Shown: positions 32,434 to 41,714 of the stretch, piece after piece
How positions within the stretch are numbered: position 1 is the stretch's first letter
Layout of the letters: each line of letters begins with the position of its first letter
NCBI GenBank assembly: GCA_965200875.1
Contig: OZ241456.1
Location: 1,120,001-1,184,000, forward strand
Origin: Bdellovibrionales bacterium
Lineage (GTDB): Bacteria > Bdellovibrionota > Bdellovibrionia > Bdellovibrionales > UBA1609
Length of the DNA stretch: 64,000 nt
Direction: 5' to 3'
Made by a program: the position numbers and the translations under genes
The notes under the pieces: generated by a model
What the model saw: the letters and a program-made list of their open reading frames with translations, nothing else
The model's database searches: none
Told to the model about the DNA's origin: nothing

Positions 32434-34539
32434 ATGTCTTTTTCTCCGTTTATATCTTCCGCAAAAGCAGGAAGCAAAACCATTACAATAGAAACCGGTG
32501 CTTTAGGTCGACAGGCAGACGGTGCTGTGATTATTTCCTGTGGCGAGGACAAAGTCCTTACCACTGTTGTTTCAAGGAGAGAAGAATCTGACCTAGATTT
32601 TTTTCCTATGACAGTGGAATATCAGGAAAAACTTTATTCCGCCGGTAAAGTACCAGGGGGGTTCTTTAGAAGAGAAGGCCGTCCCTCTTATGAAGCAACT
32701 CTCATTTCCAGAATGATTGATCGGCCTTTGCGCCCCTGTTTTCCCGAAGGGTATCGTAACGACACTCAAATCGTAGCCATAACGCTTAGCTATAGCGGAC
32801 AAAATCCTATAGGGGTGTTAGCAAGTATTGGAGCTTCTGCCGCTTTGCATGTCAGCGATATTCCGTTTGATGGGCCTGTAGCTTCTGTACAAGTGATTAA
32901 AAGTGGTGATGGCTTTCTGATCAATCCACCTTTTGAGGACGCAAAATCAGCGACTTTGAATTTTATTGTGTCCGGTACCCGCAAAGGTATTCTGATGGTG
33001 GAAGGGGAAGCGAAATTTGTGTCTGAAGCAGAGTCCTTGTCTGCTTTAAAGTTTGCTCACCAAAGCCTGCAACCCCTGTTGGATATGCAGGACGATCTCA
33101 GAAAACAAGCCGGTAATATGGAAAAACGAGTTTGGAGCGGTTTTAAAGTAGAGGAAAGTCTGGAAAAAGAAATTACTGACTTTGCAGAGGACAAGGTAAA
33201 AGAAAACTTGAATATCCCGGAAAAAACCAAGCGCTATCGGGATTTTGATGAAATCAAAGAACAAGTCATGCAACATATTTCCAAAGAGGAAGACAGTGAA
33301 AGTGAAATTGTTACGAAAAAAAAGAGCCTGTCAGCGGTGTTGGATAAATTAAAATACAATCTAGCTCGTTCGGCTATTTTAAATGATAAAAAACGCATTG
33401 ATGGAAGAAAACATAATGAAGTGCGTCCCATTTCCTGTCATACAGGCTGGTTGGCCCGTGTGCATGGTTCTTCTTTGTTCACCCGTGGGGAAACGCAAGT
33501 TTTGGGAGCAGTGACTTTGGGCACGGGAGAGGACGAGCAATCAGTGGATGCCCTTTATGGTTTTTCCAAAAAACATTTTCTGCTTCATTACAATTTTCCA
33601 CCCTACTGTGTAGGAGAAACAGGCCGAGTAGGTCCGCAAAGCAGAAGAGAAATCGGCCACGGATCTCTGGCGGAAAAGGCTTTAAAAGCCATTCTTCCCA
33701 CACATGAAGACTTCCCCTATACTGTCAGAGTGGTAGGTGAAGTTCTAGAATCAAACGGCTCTAGTTCTATGGGAACAGTATGTTCAACCAGCCTAGCTTT
33801 AATGGATGCGGGAGTACCTGTAAAAGAACCAGTAGCTGGAATCGCTATGGGTCTGATAAAGGAAAAGGATCAAGTGGAAATATTGTCCGATATTTTGGGT
33901 GATGAAGATCACTTGGGAGATATGGATTTTAAAGTGACGGGAACAAAAGAAGGTATTACTGCTTTGCAAATGGATATAAAAATAGACAGTCTCTCCTTTG
34001 AAGTGATGGAAAAAGCCCTAGCCCAAGCTAAAGAAGGAAGGCTTCATATTTTAAATGAGATGAACAAGACACTTAGTAAATACAGAGAACAGCTCTCACC
34101 TTATGCACCCCGTATTGAACTGATGCACATCAAGCCGGATAAAATCGGAGAAGTTATTGGAACTGGAGGAAAAGTTATCAATAAAATTATTGAGGAGACA
34201 GGAGTAAAAGTGGACATTGAGAGTTCCGGCCAGATATACCTTGCCTCCCCAGACAAAGAAAAAATTAAACAAGCGAAAAAAATGATCGAAGATATTTGCG
34301 AGGAAGTGGAGGAAGGGAAAATTTATGACGGGAAAGTGATAAAGGTAGCACCCTTTGGTGCTTTTGTAGAGCTTATGCCTAATGTCAGCGGTTTACTTCA
34401 TATTTCTGAAATTGCTAATCGCCGGATTAACGAGGTTTCTGATATTTTAAACGAAGGAGACACAGTAAAAGTAAAAGTGCTTCAAATAGGTGATAACGGT
34501 CGTATTCGCTTAAGCCGAAAAGTTCTTCTGGACAAGTAA
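32434..34539 (+). CDS. pnp: Polyribonucleotide nucleotidyltransferase
   Basis: Two RNase PH domains (FTRGETQ, ESNGSSSMG, GDMDFKV), KH and S1 domains. Confidence 0.98.
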   Translation: MSFSPFISSAKAGSKTITIETGALGRQADGAVIISCGEDKVLTTVVSRREESDLDFFPMTVEYQEKLYSAGKVPGGFFRREGRPSYEATLISRMIDRPLRPCFPEGYRNDTQIVAITLSYSGQNPIGVLASIGASAALHVSDIPFDGPVASVQVIKSGDGFLINPPFEDAKSATLNFIVSGTRKGILMVEGEAKFVSEAESLSALKFAHQSLQPLLDMQDDLRKQAGNMEKRVWSGFKVEESLEKEITDFAEDKVKENLNIPEKTKRYRDFDEIKEQVMQHISKEEDSESEIVTKKKSLSAVLDKLKYNLARSAILNDKKRIDGRKHNEVRPISCHTGWLARVHGSSLFTRGETQVLGAVTLGTGEDEQSVDALYGFSKKHFLLHYNFPPYCVGETGRVGPQSRREIGHGSLAEKALKAILPTHEDFPYTVRVVGEVLESNGSSSMGTVCSTSLALMDAGVPVKEPVAGIAMGLIKEKDQVEILSDILGDEDHLGDMDFKVTGTKEGITALQMDIKIDSLSFEVMEKALAQAKEGRLHILNEMNKTLSKYREQLSPYAPRIELMHIKPDKIGEVIGTGGKVINKIIEETGVKVDIESSGQIYLASPDKEKIKQAKKMIEDICEEVEEGKIYDGKVIKVAPFGAFVELMPNVSGLLHISEIANRRINEVSDILNEGDTVKVKVLQIGDNGRIRLSRKVLLDK

Positions 34540-34568
34540 AAATGTCATTTCTGTTCCTTTTTATTTGA

Positions 34569-34652
34569 TTTTTTCATTAAAAGCATGTTATGGGTGTCGA
34601 TGAGTTTTACGCTTATTACTCTTTGGTTTTTTCATTAAAAGCATGTTATGGG
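34569..34652. repeat. Two perfect 26-bp direct repeats separated by 32 bp
   Basis: ttttttcattaaaagcatgttatggg at 34569-34594 and 34627-34652. Confidence 0.85.
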
Positions 34653-34726
34653 AAGGTATAATTTTATTTTGCGCATTTTTACTGAATTTTTTTTAAATTT
34701 TGCTCCCTGTAAGAAATGACAGTGTT

Positions 34727-36868
34727 ATGTTGAAATTAATAGCTGTTTTTATTGGGCTTTGTGTATTTTTTCAGCAGGGATTTGCCAGTGATGAATCCAC
34801 TGGTGACAAACAATTTAAAGAAAACTTTCCTTTAAGCATTTTTATTCAAACAAACTCCGATCAAAGTGTTGTTGTTGAAAATCCAGCTGAATATTTAAGT
34901 CAGATGGATAAAGATGTTGTAAATTCTATTTTATCTGAAAAGGAGATATGGCATGCACATAAAATTAGGCAGTCAAAAGCAAATATTTATCAGTATATGC
35001 AACAATTTTATACATGGTATTTTAATCAGTTACCCTTGATAATATTTGCTAACAAAAAAGGATTTCCCGATCGGGGAAATTTAGCATCTGCCCTTCAAAA
35101 AGGTTATTTCACAGAAATCAATTTTTTATTTTTAGCGGAAAGTAATATCAAAAGCAACACCTTGATTGCTTTGACAAATCGCTATGAATATACCTTTTCA
35201 GAAAAACTCAATCTTTTCCTTCATGTTTTATATAAAAATATCTCAGAAACGGAAATATTCAAATTACAAAAAGCTTGGGGGATTACAAATAATTCCGCTG
35301 TGTATATTCGTGATTACAAAAAGTATATGAAAGAGTTTTTTCAATATTTGCAAATCCCATCGGATAGTCAAAAAACAGATATTATATCTTTGTTTAGCAA
35401 AGTGGAATCGGCTTTTACTTCTGTTTTGCACGAACTTTTTATAACCGATAAAAAGACACTTTTTACTAAAATGCTTAAGAGACCCGGAATGGATATGAAT
35501 ATTCAGGATTACCTTCTGCAAACTATTGCGCATAAAGTAGCTAATGGAGATTGGAAAAAAGCTTCACATTATCTTCCCTCTTTGCTTAAACACCACAAAA
35601 TTAACTTAAATATACCTGATTACCAAGGCTGGACACCTATATTTTATGCTATAAATCGCAGTGAAAATCGTCTTTCACAGGCTTTAAAGCAGTTTATGAA
35701 CCATAAATCAAAAATAGATATGAATATTATGGATTACAATTTAAGACCTATGACCCTAGTAGCGACAGAATTGAATAAACCAGCTCTGGCTCATTTTTTG
35801 CACTCACAGGGAGCACCTTTGCCATCGCGAGTGAGTTTGTTTAATTCTTATATAACAGAAGATTACAGAACAGTATGGTTTCAACATAGAGTGAAATTTG
35901 ATATAAACAACTTGGCAAATTTATTTAATATGAATAACAATACTCCTTCTTTTGTGGAATTTCAAAATTATGTTTCCAGTGAGAAATTTATAGAACAAAC
36001 AGATTGGAGTAAATTTAAAGATTTTAAATATTATTTTTTATTTCATTTGCTGAGAAAAACTCTCTTACATGAAGAGAATATACGCTATTCCACCATCATG
36101 TCTTGGTTATTTGGTGAAAAAAATATTGTAATGAATAATGGTTTTGATACCCGATTGATAAAGGCCATACACCAAGACATATCTTTATTGAAAAGTATGA
36201 TTTCCAACAAGAGAGATAAAAACATATTGACTGATAATTTATTTTACACTCAATATTCTTTTGAAAAAGGCTGGAATAAAAAAGTGATTTCAGATTTTCA
36301 CTTACTGGAAAGAATAAATGTGGAACCAGTTCCTCAATCTGATGGAACTTTGTTATTTTATGTGGAAGTCAGCTCTTTATTAAATGAAGCTATACGAGCA
36401 AATCGCTCTAAAGTGGTTGAATTTTTATTGAGCGAAGGTGCGGATCCCACTATGGAAACAAAAAATTTTGTGGTGAGAAATGGCATTGTGACAGCTATCT
36501 TTATGGGAAATTTACTCTATAGATACTCTGAGCCTTATAAAGAGCACCTTCGTATTGTGGATATGTTGATGAGTCATCCATTTGTGACAAAAGACTTCTT
36601 AAGTAAAGATGTTATTCCGGGAATAAATTATGTGGACTTATCAGCTTTAAGAGGACATTTCAATATTTTGGAAAAAATGTATGAAAAGGGTGCTCATGTA
36701 ACAGAAAATAAAGATATATGGGAAACAGGCTTTCCTATTGAAACCGCTACTATCAAGTCCAACTTGGCCAAAACCATGAAGTTTATATTGGAAGAAAAAG
36801 CAAAAAGATATCCTTCAGATCAACTTTTAAAAAATAGTCTTCAAAGATGCAGAGAAGCTTTTAATTAA
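34727..36868 (+). CDS. Secreted protein with degenerate ankyrin repeats
   Basis: Signal peptide; NIPDYQGWTPIFYAI, LLNEAIRANRSKVVEFLLSEGAD and SALRGHFNILEKMYEKGA are ankyrin-like. Confidence 0.75.
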   Translation: MLKLIAVFIGLCVFFQQGFASDESTGDKQFKENFPLSIFIQTNSDQSVVVENPAEYLSQMDKDVVNSILSEKEIWHAHKIRQSKANIYQYMQQFYTWYFNQLPLIIFANKKGFPDRGNLASALQKGYFTEINFLFLAESNIKSNTLIALTNRYEYTFSEKLNLFLHVLYKNISETEIFKLQKAWGITNNSAVYIRDYKKYMKEFFQYLQIPSDSQKTDIISLFSKVESAFTSVLHELFITDKKTLFTKMLKRPGMDMNIQDYLLQTIAHKVANGDWKKASHYLPSLLKHHKINLNIPDYQGWTPIFYAINRSENRLSQALKQFMNHKSKIDMNIMDYNLRPMTLVATELNKPALAHFLHSQGAPLPSRVSLFNSYITEDYRTVWFQHRVKFDINNLANLFNMNNNTPSFVEFQNYVSSEKFIEQTDWSKFKDFKYYFLFHLLRKTLLHEENIRYSTIMSWLFGEKNIVMNNGFDTRLIKAIHQDISLLKSMISNKRDKNILTDNLFYTQYSFEKGWNKKVISDFHLLERINVEPVPQSDGTLLFYVEVSSLLNEAIRANRSKVVEFLLSEGADPTMETKNFVVRNGIVTAIFMGNLLYRYSEPYKEHLRIVDMLMSHPFVTKDFLSKDVIPGINYVDLSALRGHFNILEKMYEKGAHVTENKDIWETGFPIETATIKSNLAKTMKFILEEKAKRYPSDQLLKNSLQRCREAFN

Positions 36869-36893
36869 TCTGCTTTCTTGGGCCAATGCCCGA

Positions 36894-37658
36894 TCAATCA
36901 AAACAGGATCTGCTTTCCTCAGCCAATGCCCGACTGGTTTTATTTTCTGAGCTTATGGGAGGCAGAAAATGAACACACACTTCCACGGATTCAAGCTGAA
37001 CCATCCGAAAAAGGTGTTGCATAAAATCCATAGTATTACCGTACCAATACACCTGATCTTTATTATTCGCACAAACCTCTTTATTTTCTATCTTTGTGTA
37101 ACTTATGCGAATGGGCAAAACAGGTTTCTTTGCCCGTATAGCTGTAATGAAAAACGGTGGATGAAAGGGAAGTGTTTTTGAACCATCCGTGCTAGTGCCT
37201 TCAGGAAAAAATACCAAGTGCAAACCTTTCTTTAAAATATCAGTGGTATCTCTTAACTCTTTTCTGATGTTTTTCAAATTCCTTCTCTCTACAAAATACA
37301 CTCCGGCTTTTTTGGCTATTAAATTTAAAAACGGATTGTTTTCCTGCCACTCATAGTGAGTGATAAAACAGTTATGTTGAATAAAGGAGTGCAAAATTGT
37401 GATATCTGTGTAACTTAAATGATTGGCCACAATCAAATAATTTTTGTTTTTTTGCAAATGTTTCAGACCTTTTGCTGTGACTTTAAACCCCATTGCTCGC
37501 ATTAATATTTTAGATAAAAGTCGTATGAGTGCGGACACTTTTTTTTGCTTTTGGACTTTGTTTTTTATTAATATCTCAGCAAAGGAGCTGAAACATACTA
37601 GTGTGAGCACACAGGAAAGAAAAACCCATATTCGATAAACAAGCCTTATTTTTTTCAT
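36894..37658 (-). CDS. Lysophospholipid acyltransferase (PlsC family)
   Basis: NHLSYTD (HX4D), FVER, FFPEGTS; probable start MKKIRL at 37658. Confidence 0.9.
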   Translation of the reverse strand: MKKIRLVYRIWVFLSCVLTLVCFSSFAEILIKNKVQKQKKVSALIRLLSKILMRAMGFKVTAKGLKHLQKNKNYLIVANHLSYTDITILHSFIQHNCFITHYEWQENNPFLNLIAKKAGVYFVERRNLKNIRKELRDTTDILKKGLHLVFFPEGTSTDGSKTLPFHPPFFITAIRAKKPVLPIRISYTKIENKEVCANNKDQVYWYGNTMDFMQHLFRMVQLESVEVCVHFLPPISSENKTSRALAEESRSCFD

Positions 37659-37922
37659 TTTTTCCTCTGTTTCGGTGAGCTGGAATAAATGTTTTTTCTC
37701 TGCTGTTGTTTCTGTACATGAATCTAGGAAAATAATCCACTTTTTTAGCTCATACCGGGGCAAAAAAGAAATAATTTTCCTTATAACCAGTGAACACGCG
37801 GAATATTAAATATTACTGTGTTGCCGTCATAGGTTCTTACATGTATTTTGAGGATTATTTTGTAATGACACACTTTCGCCTAAGGAACACCCGGATAAGA
37901 AAAAAGTAATATCAGTCTCATT

Positions 37923-39485
37923 TTAACCGGAGTCTTTGTATATTACTCTAGGATATTTGCCATAATCGTCTGCTTCCCAGTCATCTAAATCCAACAGGTC
38001 GTTACAGTCAGAGTCTCTTTTAAATAAAGTTTTTTCATCTGAAGTGAAGTAATCACAAAGTGAACCCTCCTCACCGGCAATGTCCGGATCACCACTTGAC
38101 CCTAAAGATTCTTTAAATCTGTTATATTCCTTCTGTGTATTCCATTCCCTAACCATTAAAATAATTCTATGCTTTACTTCCTTTGCCCGGTCCATACAAG
38201 TCCACACAAAATAAGGGTTGCTCCCTATATCATTTTTTATAAAAGGTTTTGGTGGTTCTTCTGAAAAATATACTTTTAACTTAGACTCACTGGATAAAAA
38301 TTCTTTATCTTCTGCATCTTCCCAATGGTTTGCATTAATAAAAGAAGGTATTTTTTTATCTGTACCAGAACCATAACGTCCATCATAAACATTTATGATC
38401 GCGTCCAGTTCATAGGTATCTTTTAACCCGTCTTTACCGGTATTAGTAACTTCTGTAATAGGTTCACCGGCCTTATTATATGAATCCCAAGCAAAACGCC
38501 CTGGTCCTCCAATACATTCTTTAAAATCACCTCCCCATTTACCACTATTTGACGAATCGTCATTTTCGTTTTGGCGTAAATCGTATGATCCAAGACAGCA
38601 ATTACCTAGATCTTGCTCGCTCTTATTATATTCACCGCATATCTCTTGAATTTCCTCGTGACTATTTCCGTATTGACAACTTGCGTATATGACATGCCAT
38701 TCTCCAGGTCCAGCTTCGCCTTTTCCGCAGTTATTAGATATATCTTCACACTTAGGTTGATCGTTACAATTAGTTTCAGAAGTAACATCGTTATTTTCGT
38801 TGTCTCTACAAACACCAGAAGACCAAGTCCCAACTATATTTCCACAATTTGCACTTTCACATTTTGCTTCAGTGTCACATGTAGAATTAACATTATCAGC
38901 ACTGTGTACTGTTTTACCACCTTTTAGACAAACCTCTTCCGCTGTGTTACAGCTATTACTCCCACCGCAATACCGCTCCTCTATCGTGTTCTCGTCAGGA
39001 TCATTTTCATCTTGTACAAGAAACTTACACTTGGAAACCCTATCTGGTCCTTTAACTATTTCTTGATTAAAGTGATATGGAACAAGAAAACCAGAATACG
39101 CGCACATTTCCGGTGGGACATTATATTCTAATACAAGTTTATGAAAAAATAAGTCACCTTCCATAACATCCAGTAAACAATACAGATCTTCTGTGGAATC
39201 TTCATTTACTGATATTTTACAGTCTGTCCCTGGCCCCTCATCCATTGCATAAATAATGGCATCAAGCGGATCAAAGCCTTCTCCATAGTAATAACTTGCG
39301 CTTAAATTCACATAGAAAAAGTCTTCCTGGGGGATTGCGTCTGTGGTCAAACCTTCTGTAGGCACTAAAGAGTATTGCGCGCTTGTACCTATACCAAATC
39401 CTTTTATTACATCACAACCGGAAAAGATAAGGCCCAAACCAATAACAACCAATGAGCTTATAAAAAACATCGGATTAAGTTTCAT
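37923..39485 (-). CDS. Cys-rich lipoprotein of unknown function
   Basis: Signal peptide with FSGC lipobox; dense Cys/Gly/Asn central segment. Confidence 0.75.
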   Translation of the reverse strand: MKLNPMFFISSLVVIGLGLIFSGCDVIKGFGIGTSAQYSLVPTEGLTTDAIPQEDFFYVNLSASYYYGEGFDPLDAIIYAMDEGPGTDCKISVNEDSTEDLYCLLDVMEGDLFFHKLVLEYNVPPEMCAYSGFLVPYHFNQEIVKGPDRVSKCKFLVQDENDPDENTIEERYCGGSNSCNTAEEVCLKGGKTVHSADNVNSTCDTEAKCESANCGNIVGTWSSGVCRDNENNDVTSETNCNDQPKCEDISNNCGKGEAGPGEWHVIYASCQYGNSHEEIQEICGEYNKSEQDLGNCCLGSYDLRQNENDDSSNSGKWGGDFKECIGGPGRFAWDSYNKAGEPITEVTNTGKDGLKDTYELDAIINVYDGRYGSGTDKKIPSFINANHWEDAEDKEFLSSESKLKVYFSEEPPKPFIKNDIGSNPYFVWTCMDRAKEVKHRIILMVREWNTQKEYNRFKESLGSSGDPDIAGEEGSLCDYFTSDEKTLFKRDSDCNDLLDLDDWEADDYGKYPRVIYKDSG

Positions 39486-39572
39486 ATTTTATGTTTCGGG
39501 ATTTTCAGTGAACAAATAAAGTCCTGTTTTTTATTTTTTAAAAAATATATTTACTGGATTATTGGCTGGTTT

Positions 39573-39827
39573 TTATAAATAATCCGACTTTCTGGCTATA
39601 TTTTCCGGCTGAGAAACAATGAAAATGGGATTCATTCCACAATCTCCCAGAATCAGATCGGTGTGAGGAAGTTGCGAATGTGAAATAACCCTATAATCAT
39701 TTTCGCACTCATTATAAGCCTTACAACTATTATGCCACGCTTTTTCAAAATCTGCTTTTACTTCACGCGTCCATTCATATTTTGGTTTTAACATATCACA
39801 CATCTCCCAATATGTAAAAATACACAA
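39573..39827 (-). CDS. Possible small hypothetical protein
   Basis: Short ORF; GGAGA before an internal ATG (MLKPKYEW...); no recognisable motif. Confidence 0.25.
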   Translation of the reverse strand: MCIFTYWEMCDMLKPKYEWTREVKADFEKAWHNSCKAYNECENDYRVISHSQLPHTDLILGDCGMNPIFIVSQPENIARKSDYL

Positions 39828-39978
39828 AAAAGTAGTTTTTAAGACAAGACTGTTTATTAAATTGAAAAACCATAAAATCCTCTTTGCCTATGTTCATTTT
39901 CAAATTTTACTTGTGGATAAAAAAGGCGAACAGGTGTAAAATCTCTTCAAAAGGTTTTTACTTTTTTGCCTTTCTTAC

Positions 39979-40054
39979 GGGGCTGTAGCTCAGCTGGGAG
40001 AGCGTAACGCTGGCAGCGTTGAGGTCAGGGGTTCGATCCCCCTTAGCTCCACCA
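39979..40054 (+). tRNA. tRNA-Ala(GGC)
   Basis: GGGGCTG...TAACG-CTGGCAG-CGTTG...GGTTCGATCCC...TAGCTCC-A-CCA with G3:U70. Confidence 0.97.
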
Positions 40055-40222
40055 TTTATAATTGGTCGTTCGTGAAAATCCAGTTTTTGAAAAAAATTCG
40101 GAATATTCGGAAAAATTCGAATCTCGAATTTTTACTCCCTCAAAACCCCTTAAATCTCCTGTTTTTAATGATCCTGATTTTGCATAAAGAAGAATCAATA
40201 ACTTTTAAACAAGGAGTATATT

Positions 40223-41128
40223 ATGCAAAAAACAAAGAAAAAAATAAGCAAAAACAAAGAAAAAAACCGCGCTTTGTTGGTCAACTTAACTAAAAATGGA
40301 AACTTTAAAAACTACTTTAAACTTTGTAAGCCCGCTTTAAAATCTCTTCTTAAAGCTTTCCTCCCACTCCCTGAAAAAAGCTCCATCCAACAAGTAACTT
40401 TACTGGACTCCTTTCTCCCTTCCATGAAGGAAGAAGACAAAAGTGCTATTATGGACCTTAGACTTCAGCTCAATACGGGTGAATTGGTTAATGTGGAAAT
40501 GCAGGCTTTTTTTCATCCAGGTTTTTCTGAAAGAGTATTGTTCTATTGGGCTAAAAATTATGTATCTCAATTAAAAGAAGGAGAAGAATATACAAAACTC
40601 TGTCCTTCTTATTCGTTGATATTCAGTGTGTTTGATCTATTCCCTGGTCGAGAAGGGTTTTACAATTCTTTTTACATTCGTTCGAGCAAGCCACCACATT
40701 TTCCTTTTAACAAGGATTTGTGTTTTGTGACAGTGGATCTTAGCAAGTTTCATCAAAAAGATGTAAGTTCTTCGATTGATTTTCAGGAGCTATGGTGTTA
40801 TATTTTAAAGAAGTCAAACAGTGTAAAAAATAAGGATTATCAGAAGCTTTTAGATAAAGATTCTGATTGGAAGGAGGCTATGATGTATTTGCGTAAGTTT
40901 TCGTTGGAGGAGCAACAGCAGATTATCGCAGATGCCAAGGAGAAAAACCGCCGTGATCGAGTGGCGAGAGAAACTTATGTCTTTGAACAAGGCAAAGCAG
41001 AAGGCGAAGCCAAAGGCAGAAATAAGCTGATTATTAGTATGTTGAAAAATGGTGTCAATATGAATTTTATCGCCAAACATACAGGGATCTCCGTGGAAGA
41101 AATCAAAAAGCTGAAAAAAGGAAAGTGA
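40223..41128 (+). CDS. Rpn family PD-(D/E)XK nuclease (YhgA-like)
   Basis: DLRLQLNTGELVNVEMQ, RVLFYWAKNY; C-terminal EQGKAEGEAKG...IAKHTGISVEEIKKL. Confidence 0.9.
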   Translation: MQKTKKKISKNKEKNRALLVNLTKNGNFKNYFKLCKPALKSLLKAFLPLPEKSSIQQVTLLDSFLPSMKEEDKSAIMDLRLQLNTGELVNVEMQAFFHPGFSERVLFYWAKNYVSQLKEGEEYTKLCPSYSLIFSVFDLFPGREGFYNSFYIRSSKPPHFPFNKDLCFVTVDLSKFHQKDVSSSIDFQELWCYILKKSNSVKNKDYQKLLDKDSDWKEAMMYLRKFSLEEQQQIIADAKEKNRRDRVARETYVFEQGKAEGEAKGRNKLIISMLKNGVNMNFIAKHTGISVEEIKKLKKGK

Positions 41129-41133
41129 AACAA

Positions 41134-41279
41134 CTATGATGTATTTGCGTAAGTTTTCGTTGGAGGAGCAACAGCAGATTGTGGCAGATGCCAAGGAAAA
41201 AAACCGCCGTGATCGGATAGTGAATGACTTGTCTGTTTATGTGAAAAATCTCCCTTGTAAATCAAGATATATTGTTTAA
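41134..41279 (+). repeat. Partial duplicate of the rpn 3' region forming a 47-aa ORF (41136-41279)
   Basis: 41134-~41215 nearly identical to 40878-~40959; MMYLRKFSLEEQQQIVADAKEKNRRDR then diverges. Confidence 0.85.
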
Positions 41280-41714
41280 CATTTTTCGATAAACATAACC
41301 GGGTCGTCTCAATAAGTTAAAAGTATCAACATAGTAAAGGTTATTGGAGGCTTGATCTCTAGCTTGAGACAACAAGCCATTTTTAGCCTTTTGATTCCAA
41401 AAAGGATGAATAATAATCACATCTTTTTGGCCGATAGAATCAATTAAAGGTCATATATTTTAAAGGGCTGACCATTACTGGGGCACAAAATCATTTTAAG
41501 CCAAAATAATAAAAGTAGAGAAATCTTTAGAAATATCAAATATTTAGTTATATCCAGTAAAAGTGTTTTTGAAAATGATAGAAAAACTAAATTGGACATA
41601 AGAAAAAACCGATATTTCTTTATAAGCTTATAGAATGGGCTTTTAAAGCATTTTACTATAAAGCTCATAATGGAAACAGGAAAAGACAATAAACAAACCA
41701 CTTGGGGATATAAC

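Noticed and set aside
39911..39920. DnaA box (TTATCCACA on the minus strand) as a sign of oriC
   Set aside because: Single box, no cluster, and no dnaA/gidA context.
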